From an uncultured Staphylococcaceae bacterium (lineage in GTDB: Bacteria; Bacillota_I; Bacilli_A; RFN20; CAG-826), in the NCBI GenBank assembly GCA_964368105.1, contig CAYJAE010000001.1:1-37578 (forward strand): a DNA stretch of 37,578 nt, given 5' to 3'. Positions 26,444 through 32,997 of this stretch are shown in pieces; position 1 is the stretch's first letter; the number at the start of each line of letters is the position of its first letter. The position numbers and the translations under genes are program-made. The notes beneath the pieces are model-generated. The model was given only the letters and a program-made list of their open reading frames with translations, was not told the DNA's origin and did no database searches.

Positions 26444-28258
26444 TTATGCAAAATAAAGTGTCATTCCAGAAATACGGAACTGGGCTGTTGCTTTTAATGT
26501 GACACTTGCAACCGGAGTAGCAAAGACAAAAGTAACTGATGACCCTTCGGTAAAATAAGTAGTTTTACTTGATAGAAGACCTATTAATTGGCCAATTGAA
26601 TCTTTGTCTCCATCTTTCGATAAATCAACATCAAATTTAATTTGTTCAATTAAATCATTGCCACCTGCAGTAATGACTACGGTTTGTTTATTATAAATAC
26701 GAAGTGGGTCAGAGAAAAATGTATTATTTCCGACAGGTTCGTTACTACCGGTTTTGGTGATAACAAAAGTAGAAGCGCCTGATTTCCAAGTTGTTTGGTC
26801 GGCATTTTTAACGCCATCAATTTGGCTTTCGTTTACAAAAGTAAAGACCGCTTTTTTATCTGGATTAGTAGGAGGAATAACTTCACCGCTATTACCGCCG
26901 CCACCAATCTTGTCGACTAACGCACTAATATAAAAGACAGTTCCTTCCGCTTCCTCGGTTTCGCCGTAGAAGAACTCAATGTATACTTCTCCCCATGATT
27001 CATCATAAGCGTAATAGGAATCTTCATAATCTTGGTCTTCTTCAAGATTAAAGTCATTTGCCTCAAGAAGGTCATGATAGGAAGAAACTAAGTTTTCATT
27101 TTCAATGAAGAAACCAAGATAGATAAGTCCGGTTTCATAAGCATCATCATTAAACCACTCAACCGTAATTTCCTCGGTAATATCTAAAGAAGGAACAACA
27201 ACGTCAATACCAAATGATTCAAGGTATTCTTCGATAACTTCAGTTGGCCAGCCTGTAACAGTAATTGGATCTACAGGTTCACCACCGTCGCCACCGTTAG
27301 GAATAGTGATGTAGAGGTAAGTAGCTGCTGGGAAAACTTCGTCCCCATCATATACTTCGCCTGAGACATAGAGTTGTCCAAGCGGGCTATCAAAATCAAA
27401 GTATCCATTAGCAAGATCATCTTCGTAAACATTCCAGTTACTGCCATCTAAGATGTTATAGGCACTTGTTAAACTCGCTAAAGTAGAATCTAAAATGGCG
27501 ATTTCAAATGTGTGAGCGCCAGATTCTTGGTCAGCATAAGAATCATAGAATAAAGGTGTTTTGTTGGAAAGTTCTGGAACACTTTCAGTGATTCCGTTAC
27601 TTGTAAGTAGTGAAGAAATAAGTCCAGCAGGCCAGGCAGTCACTTTTTTGTAACCAAAATCTAAGAGCATTTCTTCGGCGTCACCAACAACTGGATCAAC
27701 ATCGCCGCCACCATCACCAGGAACAGTAATGTAGAGGTAAGTAGCTTCTGGGAAGTCTTCGTCGCCTTCATATAACTCACCCGAAACGATAAATTGTCCA
27801 AGTGGGCTATCAAAATCAAAAAATCCATTTGCAAGATCTTCTTCGTAGACAACCCAGTCATTGCCATCCAAGATGTTATAGGCACTTGTTAAACTCGCTA
27901 AAGTAGAATCTAAAATAGCAATTTCAAACGTTAGAGCGCCAGATTCTTGGTCAGCATAAGAATCATAGAACAAAGGTGTTTTGGTTGAAAGTACTGGAAC
28001 ACTTTCAGTGACTTTGTTGTCACTTAAAAATTTGGTAATAAGTGCAGTAGGCCACGCACTTACTTTTTTGTATCCAAAATCTAAAAGCATTTCTTCAGCT
28101 TTAGCAAGATTAGGATCAACCGTTTGGCTTGAACCGGACGTTTCCGATGATGGTATTTCCGAGCCTCCGGAACTAGAAGAATCAACGGGTTTAGTTTTAC
28201 AGCCCGTTAGGACCAATGCTAGAGTTAGCAATGGCAAAGCTAATAATTTTTTATTCAT
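26444..28258 (-). CDS. Acidic lipoprotein with two near-identical 140-aa repeats, one degenerate repeat and a distinct C-terminal domain
   Basis: Lipobox LVLTGC followed by a Ser/Gly-rich linker. The repeats begin AEEMLLDFGYKKV(S/T)AWP. AAAGGAGAC lies 9 nt before ATG 28258, and the track start at 28261 is a TTG. Confidence 0.6.
   Translation of the reverse strand: MNKKLLALPLLTLALVLTGCKTKPVDSSSSGGSEIPSSETSGSSQTVDPNLAKAEEMLLDFGYKKVSAWPTALITKFLSDNKVTESVPVLSTKTPLFYDSYADQESGALTFEIAILDSTLASLTSAYNILDGNDWVVYEEDLANGFFDFDSPLGQFIVSGELYEGDEDFPEATYLYITVPGDGGGDVDPVVGDAEEMLLDFGYKKVTAWPAGLISSLLTSNGITESVPELSNKTPLFYDSYADQESGAHTFEIAILDSTLASLTSAYNILDGSNWNVYEDDLANGYFDFDSPLGQLYVSGEVYDGDEVFPAATYLYITIPNGGDGGEPVDPITVTGWPTEVIEEYLESFGIDVVVPSLDITEEITVEWFNDDAYETGLIYLGFFIENENLVSSYHDLLEANDFNLEEDQDYEDSYYAYDESWGEVYIEFFYGETEEAEGTVFYISALVDKIGGGGNSGEVIPPTNPDKKAVFTFVNESQIDGVKNADQTTWKSGASTFVITKTGSNEPVGNNTFFSDPLRIYNKQTVVITAGGNDLIEQIKFDVDLSKDGDKDSIGQLIGLLSSKTTYFTEGSSVTFVFATPVASVTLKATAQFRISGMTLYFA
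27260..28099 (-). repeat. Tandem direct duplication, 2 x 420 bp, in frame inside the lipoprotein gene
   Basis: Offset is exactly 420 nt. Over the 120 nt I aligned by eye (27841-27960 vs 27421-27540), 109/120 positions are identical. Copy boundaries are taken from the protein repeat AEEMLLDF at aa 55 and aa 195. Confidence 0.85.
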
Positions 28259-28330
28259 CAATATTTAGTCTCCTTTTTAAATTTGATAACTAATATAATA
28301 CATTTATTTTTAAAAAAGTATTTGTAAACA

Positions 28331-28370
28331 AAAAAGAGAGCGCTTTTTTATTGGTTAAGCGCCCTCTTTT
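28331..28370 (-). terminator. Terminator between the 322-aa and 605-aa lipoprotein genes
   Basis: Minus strand reads AAGAGGGCGC-15 nt loop-GCGCTCTCTT followed by TTTTT. There is one mismatch and the loop is long. Confidence 0.5.
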
Positions 28371-28398
28371 ATTAGTAATTAATTAAAAAGTAGTTAAT

Positions 28399-29358
28399 TT
28401 AAACCGGTTGGTCCACTAATACTGTTGCGGCAACCGTTACCACTAAATCAGTGGTTGGAGCGGGCTGACCAGTTTTAAGTTTTATTGTAATTGTATAAAT
28501 AGCAACGGTATCGTTACTTATTAACTCGACTTCGTTACTTGCTGGAAGTGTTAAGTCGTGGGTCAAACTTAAAGTAGCCAAGTCTTTAACACTAACGGTA
28601 GCAATGCCATTTTGACTTGGGCCAAAAGTCGGATCACCCCACATTACTTGAAGTGGGAATGTTTTACCGTCAACTTGGTCAGTTGGGCTTAGTGTTAAAT
28701 CTATTTTGCCTTCAGTACCAACTTCAGTCATAACAAGTGCTAAATCGGGTTCAAAATCAATCTCGCCGCCACCCGGAACTTTAATCCCATCGCTATTTAA
28801 ATCAAAGTAATATGTTGCGGACTTTGTTTTATTTTTAGCTTTTGCAGTAATCGTAAGCGAAATATCTTTGCTTGCTTCTTTTTTAAGATCAACGAGACGT
28901 TCAATACTGACCCAGTCGCCTAAGGCGTCAATTGATGTCGGTTTATCAAGCGTTCCGACCGGATAGAGAATTTGTACGCTTGCTTCGGCGTCCGTTTCTT
29001 CAGTGCCGTCAGAAGACATCGTTTCAATAAAGAAGAGATTTTGCGCTCCTTCACTGTAAGTCACGGTAAAATCAATTTCAATCTCAAGACCCATTTGACT
29101 CATGGCGACATGTTCAGGAATAGCAAGTGCTTCAATGCCATAAGTTAAGTTAGCCCGATTGGCTTCAGTTGTCGGTAGTGTTTCATATTCTTTGATTTCA
29201 AAGCTACCATCTTTGAGGGTTGCGTGATTTAAAACCAGTTTTGATTCAAAGACCATATTGAGTGCAATAGTTGCAATGGTGTTATCAATGATTGAACAGC
29301 CCGCAAGGACTGGGAGCATAAGAGCGAGGAAGAGCGGTTTAAAAATTTTGTTTTTCAT
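28399..29358 (-). CDS. Lipoprotein, single-module paralogue of the 941-aa lipoprotein plus a C-terminal beta-rich domain
   Basis: Lipobox PVLAGC. The post-Cys segment SIIDNTIATIALN matches TMLDNIIGTILAN of the 941-aa protein. Shared landmarks are ETLPT, IP..V....MGL(E/D), VQILYPVG and YYFDL. GAGGTG lies 6 nt before ATG 29358. Confidence 0.6.
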   Translation of the reverse strand: MKNKIFKPLFLALMLPVLAGCSIIDNTIATIALNMVFESKLVLNHATLKDGSFEIKEYETLPTTEANRANLTYGIEALAIPEHVAMSQMGLEIEIDFTVTYSEGAQNLFFIETMSSDGTEETDAEASVQILYPVGTLDKPTSIDALGDWVSIERLVDLKKEASKDISLTITAKAKNKTKSATYYFDLNSDGIKVPGGGEIDFEPDLALVMTEVGTEGKIDLTLSPTDQVDGKTFPLQVMWGDPTFGPSQNGIATVSVKDLATLSLTHDLTLPASNEVELISNDTVAIYTITIKLKTGQPAPTTDLVVTVAATVLVDQPV

Positions 29359-29440
29359 AAGTATCACCTCAAATTCATTTTATTATTAATATTTTAATTT
29401 TTTATGTATAACGCAATAATTGCATAAAGATTTTGAAATA

Positions 29441-29473
29441 AAAAAAAGCCCCACAAGGGTGCTCTGGGCCCCA
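29441..29473 (-). terminator. Candidate terminator of the small-ORF transcript
   Basis: Minus strand reads GGGGCCCAGAGCACCCTTGTGGGGC followed by T8. The stem is GC-rich but short and bulged (GCCC(A)/(T)GGGC). It is preceded by a perfect 8-bp hairpin CCAATTTG/CAAATTGG at 29471-29495. Confidence 0.45.
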
Positions 29474-29498
29474 ATTTGCTTTTTTTAACAAATTGGAG

Positions 29499-29561
29499 TT
29501 AGTTAGCGAATAACACTTGATCAATCAGCATTTTCGCTAGTTTGTTTAAGAATTTTTTCAT
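29499..29561 (-). CDS. Candidate 20-aa amphipathic cationic peptide (MKKFLNKLAKMLIDQVLFAN), absent from the ORF track
   Basis: ATG 29561 lies 7 nt downstream of GGAGGT (29574-29569). The stop is TAA at 29501-29499. A consensus promoter lies upstream and hairpins plus a T8 run lie downstream. Coding status is unproven. Confidence 0.4.
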   Translation of the reverse strand: MKKFLNKLAKMLIDQVLFAN

Positions 29562-29627
29562 TCTTAGTACCTCCTTATATGTATTTCTGGGGGAGGCGGG
29601 ACAAGTCATTTCTTAACTTGCAGCATT

Positions 29628-29655
29628 ATTATACTCTTAATAATACTTATGTCAA
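29628..29655 (-). promoter_or_regulatory. Near-consensus sigma-A promoter driving the small-ORF transcript
   Basis: Minus strand reads TTGACA (29655-29650), 16-nt spacer, TATAAT (29633-29628). The palindrome ATTATTA-N6-TAATAAT (29625-29644) overlaps the spacer and -10. Confidence 0.6.
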
Positions 29656-29756
29656 TAGAGACGCTTAAATATTTTATTTTTATTTTTAGAGTTTGAATGA
29701 CTATTAAAAAATCCCATAAAAATATAGGCGTACGCGCGGAAGTAGGAGACGTAAAG

Positions 29757-29773
29757 TGTTATAATTAGAATAC
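29757..29773 (+). promoter_or_regulatory. dps extended -10 promoter overlapping a PerR/Fur-like box
   Basis: TGtTATAAT at 29757-29765. TTATAATTAGAATAC (29759-29773) matches 11 of 14 specified positions of the Bacillus PerR-box consensus TTATAATnATTATAA. Confidence 0.4.
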
Positions 29774-29791
29774 AAAAAAAGGAGGAATATT

Positions 29792-30229
29792 ATGTCAAAA
29801 TTAGAAAAAGGATTAAACAAGCAAGTCGCTAACTTATCAGTCTTCTTCGTTAAGCTTCATCACCATCACTGGTTTGTGGAAGGATCACACTTCTATAACC
29901 TTCACGAAAAGTTTGAAGAGTTCTATGATGAAATTAATGAACTCTACGACGAAGTAGCAGAACGACTTTTAATGATTGGTGGAAAGCCTGTTTCAACCTT
30001 AAAAGAATATCTTGCACTAACTTCACTCGTTGAAGCGAGGGGCGGAGAAAGTTCACGGGAAATGGTTTTAAGTGTTTTAGGAGACTTTAAAGTTTTACGC
30101 AAAGAATTCAATGATTTACTGCCAGTTGCCCAAGAAGCCGGCGACGAAGTAACGGTTGATATGTTAATTGGCGCACTTACAAGCTTTGACAAGCACATTT
30201 GGATGCTTGGCGCTGTTGTCGCAGAATAA
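29792..30229 (+). CDS. dps: Dps-family DNA-protecting ferritin-like protein
   Basis: 145 aa with HHHHWFVEGSHFYNLHEKFEEFYDE (ferroxidase-site His/Asp/Glu pattern). AAGGAGG lies upstream. Confidence 0.9.
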   Translation: MSKLEKGLNKQVANLSVFFVKLHHHHWFVEGSHFYNLHEKFEEFYDEINELYDEVAERLLMIGGKPVSTLKEYLALTSLVEARGGESSREMVLSVLGDFKVLRKEFNDLLPVAQEAGDEVTVDMLIGALTSFDKHIWMLGAVVAE

Positions 30230-30240
30230 GTAAAAACGAA

Positions 30241-30274
30241 AACCCTAGCGAAACTTAGTAACTAGGGTTTTTTC
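30241..30274 (+). terminator. Rho-independent terminator after dps
   Basis: AACCCTAG (30241-30248), 13-nt loop, CTAGGGTT (30262-30269), followed by a T-run. Confidence 0.75.
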
Positions 30275-30344
30275 TATACAAAAAAGGCATGTTTCTTTAA
30301 AACAACAATCACTAAAATTAGAGACAAATAAGCAATTAAAACAT

Positions 30345-30373
30345 TTGACAAAATGAATATATTCTTTTAAACT
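30345..30373 (+). promoter_or_regulatory. Sigma-A promoter of tRNA-Val
   Basis: TTGACA (30345-30350), 17-nt spacer, TAAACT (30368-30373), ~10 nt upstream of the mature tRNA 5' end. Confidence 0.6.
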
Positions 30374-30383
30374 TAATCTCGCT

Positions 30384-30459
30384 GGATGTTTAGCTCAGCT
30401 GGGAGAGCATCTGTTTGACGTACAGAAGGTCGGGGGTTCGATCCCCTCAGCATCCACCA
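30384..30459 (+). tRNA. tRNA-Val (anticodon GAC)
   Basis: Acceptor GGATGTT/AGCATCC (one G-U pair), D arm GCTC-AGCTGGGA-GAGC, anticodon stem TCTGT/ACAGA with loop TTGACGT, T arm GGGGG-TTCGATC-CCCTC and encoded CCA. Confidence 0.9.
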
Positions 30460-30470
30460 TTCAGCAATTA

Positions 30471-30496
30471 ATCACTACTCGGTAGTGATTTTTTTA
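30471..30496 (+). terminator. Rho-independent terminator after tRNA-Val
   Basis: ATCACTAC-tcg-GTAGTGAT followed by T7. Confidence 0.8.
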
Positions 30497-30570
30497 TAAC
30501 ATCACTTTCTTATTGGACTTTTGCCGTGTATATTAAAGGAGGTATATTTATACCTAGTTAGGAAATAATC

Positions 30571-30822
30571 ATGCATAGCACGATGAATATAAATAGTTTG
30601 TCCGAATTAAAAAAAGGACAAAAAGGACGTATTTTAAATATCGAAAGTAGTGACCCAATTTCGCGTCAACGGCTTTTAGATATGGGTTTAACGGATGGCG
30701 TAATCGTCACCATTGAAAAGGTTGCCCCGCTTGGTGACCCCATTTGTTTAGCGCTGAGAGGCTATTCTCTCTTAGTGCGCAAGAGCGAAGTAAAGCTTGT
30801 TCAAGTCGAGGTAATCAAATGA
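30571..30822 (+). CDS. feoA: Ferrous iron transport protein A
   Basis: SH3-like FeoA pattern LSELKKGQKGRILNI...RLLDMGLTDGVIVTIEK. AGGAAA lies 7 nt upstream. The stop overlaps the feoB start (ATGA). Confidence 0.85.
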   Translation: MHSTMNINSLSELKKGQKGRILNIESSDPISRQRLLDMGLTDGVIVTIEKVAPLGDPICLALRGYSLLVRKSEVKLVQVEVIK

Positions 30823-32801
30823 GAATTGCACTAATTGGTAACCAAAACAGCGGCAAAACGACACTATTTAACCACCTTACTGGTTACAATCAAAAGATAG
30901 GTAACTGGCCAGGAGTAACACTTGAGAAGAAGGTAGGGATACTACGGACGACCAAACACGAAATTATTGATCTTCCTGGAATCTACTCACTTGCCCCGTA
31001 TAGTGAAGAAGAAAAAATTGTTCGGAAGTTTTTACTTGAAGAACATGTTGACTTAATTATTAATATAGTTGATTCCACCGCAATTGAAAGAAGTCTCTAT
31101 TTAACAACCCAATTATTAGAATTTAATATTCCGATGATTATTGCGCTTAATATGAGTGATTTGGCTTTTGAAAATGGGATTAAAATTGATACTGAAAAAC
31201 TGAGTGAATTACTTGATACAACCGTCATCCCAATCAGTGCCTTAAAGAAAACAGGGATCAAAGACTTAATTTTAGTTATTAATAAAAATGAATTTAAACA
31301 AAATAAATATCGTCAAATATATGACGAATTCATCCAAACTAGACTTAATTTTTTAACGAAAAACATTAATTTTACTGAGCGAAATTTCATTGCGGTTAAA
31401 GCGCTTGAAAACGATGAACTATTTGAACTTAAAGATGATTCACAAGTTGCTATAGCTAGAAGCGAAATTGAAAAAGAATACGACAAAGATATAAATCAAG
31501 TGTTTGCGAACGAACGTTACAAATATGTTGAAGGAATTCGTGATGCGACAGTATCTTCAATTAAAGCGCCAAAAACCACTACTGAAAAAATCGATAAAAT
31601 ATTATTAAATAAATGGTTTGCGATTCCAATCTTTATTGTCATTATGTTTTTAATCTACTTTATTTCGGCCGGTCCGGTTGGTCAATTTTTAACTGAACAA
31701 GTTGATACTTTAATTGGAATGCTCAAAGATTGGACCGCAGGCGCTCTTACTAGAGTGGGTGCGAGTGATTGGAGTAATAGTTTAGTGGTTGAAGGAATTA
31801 TTACTGGCGTCGGCGCAGTACTCAATTTCTTACCGCAGTTAATTTTACTTTTCTTCTTTATTGCGCTGCTTGAAGCAAGTGGCTATATGTCACGGATTGC
31901 TTTTGTCCTTGACCGTATTTTCCAAAAGGTCGGATTAAGTGGTAAATCATTAATTCCCTTTATTATTGGTAGTGGTTGTAGTGTTCCGGCAATTATGGCG
32001 ACTAGAACAATTCACGACGAAAATGAAAAGAAGATGTCGATTTTACTTACTCCATTTATTCCATGTAGTGCTAAACTTCCAATTATTACCCTTTTTGCGG
32101 GTTTTTTCTTCCCCAGTCAATCAGGTTTAATTAGTGCTTCTCTCTATTTCTTAGCGATAGCAGTAATTTTGCTTTCCGCCTTTTTACTGAAGAAATTTCT
32201 TTTCAAAGGTCAACATTCTTCTTTTATTCAAGAATTACCAACCTATAAAGCACCCGATATGCGCTATGTCCTTCGTGACACTTTTGATAAAACCGTTGCT
32301 TTTATTACTCGGGCTGGATCAATCATTTTACTTTTATCAATCGTTATTTGGGTTTTAATTAGTTTTAACTGGCGCTTTACTTATGGCGTTGATATTAATG
32401 AAAGTATGCTTAGTGATATCGGGCGTGCTTTCTCATGGGTGTTCTACCCGATGCTTGGTGAACTTAGCTGGGCGGCTTCAGTTTCAATTATTCAAGGACT
32501 TGTCGCTAAAGAACAAGTCGTTGGCTCAATGGCAGTTATTGCCGGTTTATCGCCTGAAGTAACAGAAGGCAGTCAAATCTTTAGTGCACAAATCTTTAGT
32601 TTCTTCACTAACGCCTCAGCTTACGCTTTTATGACTTTCAACTTATTCAGCGCACCGTGCTTTGGAGCAATAGGCGCTATGAAGCAAGAACTTGGAAGCA
32701 CTAAGCGGATGCTTAAAGCAGTTTTATTCCAAACTGGTGTCGCTTATGTTCTAGCAACACTAATCTACCAAATTGGTCATTTAATAGAGGTGATATTATG
32801 A
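30819..32801 (+). CDS. feoB: Ferrous iron transporter FeoB
   Basis: The N-terminal G domain reads MRIALIGNQNSGKTTLFNHLTG, followed by a polytopic C-terminal permease. The start is set at ATG 30819 rather than the track start at 30744, which lies inside feoA. Confidence 0.92.
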   Translation: MRIALIGNQNSGKTTLFNHLTGYNQKIGNWPGVTLEKKVGILRTTKHEIIDLPGIYSLAPYSEEEKIVRKFLLEEHVDLIINIVDSTAIERSLYLTTQLLEFNIPMIIALNMSDLAFENGIKIDTEKLSELLDTTVIPISALKKTGIKDLILVINKNEFKQNKYRQIYDEFIQTRLNFLTKNINFTERNFIAVKALENDELFELKDDSQVAIARSEIEKEYDKDINQVFANERYKYVEGIRDATVSSIKAPKTTTEKIDKILLNKWFAIPIFIVIMFLIYFISAGPVGQFLTEQVDTLIGMLKDWTAGALTRVGASDWSNSLVVEGIITGVGAVLNFLPQLILLFFFIALLEASGYMSRIAFVLDRIFQKVGLSGKSLIPFIIGSGCSVPAIMATRTIHDENEKKMSILLTPFIPCSAKLPIITLFAGFFFPSQSGLISASLYFLAIAVILLSAFLLKKFLFKGQHSSFIQELPTYKAPDMRYVLRDTFDKTVAFITRAGSIILLLSIVIWVLISFNWRFTYGVDINESMLSDIGRAFSWVFYPMLGELSWAASVSIIQGLVAKEQVVGSMAVIAGLSPEVTEGSQIFSAQIFSFFTNASAYAFMTFNLFSAPCFGAIGAMKQELGSTKRMLKAVLFQTGVAYVLATLIYQIGHLIEVIL

Positions 32802-32971
32802 GTCCAGCTGATATAGTCATTGTGGTGGTTGTCGTCTTAATTTCGGCACTTATTATCTTTTTACGGTTTAGACGGAAAAAGAGTTCGTGTAGCGGTTGCT
32901 CGTACGCAAAAGGATGTGACTCCTATTGCGCTAAGATTGAACCAAAAGAAGAAGACGAAAAACCTGTTTAA
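32798..32971 (+). CDS. FeoB-associated Cys-rich small membrane protein (57 aa), absent from the ORF track
   Basis: ATG 32798 overlaps the feoB TGA (ATGA). The product MSPADIVIVVVVVLISALIIFLRFRRKKSSCSGCSYAKGCDSYCAKIEPKEEDEKPV has one TM helix, a basic patch and a C-x2-C-x5-C-x3-C cluster. Confidence 0.7.
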   Translation: MSPADIVIVVVVVLISALIIFLRFRRKKSSCSGCSYAKGCDSYCAKIEPKEEDEKPV

Positions 32972-32997
32972 TGGAATGAAGAGGTATACAGTTTAAG

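Noticed and set aside
29697-29768. A 23-codon plus-strand ORF (MTIKKSHKNIGVRAEVGDVKCYN) upstream of dps.
   Set aside because: It has no SD, it ends inside the dps -10 element, and its composition is unremarkable. It is most likely a chance ORF in the promoter region.
30556-30575. A Fur box overlapping the feoA start (GAAATAATCATGCATA).
   Set aside because: Only one half-site (ATAATCAT) matches the 7-1-7 Fur consensus, with about 9 of 15 positions overall. That is not distinguishable from background in AT-rich DNA.
7137-30818. N-terminal extensions proposed by the ORF track: csp 7137, rpoE 10287, ABC ATPase 6628, antitoxin 21795, ktrB 24030, nuclease 24152, lipoproteins 28261 and 29367, feoB 30744.
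   Set aside because: In each case an internal ATG preceded by a properly spaced SD gives the family-typical N-terminus. The extension either overlaps the upstream gene or consumes the SD itself.
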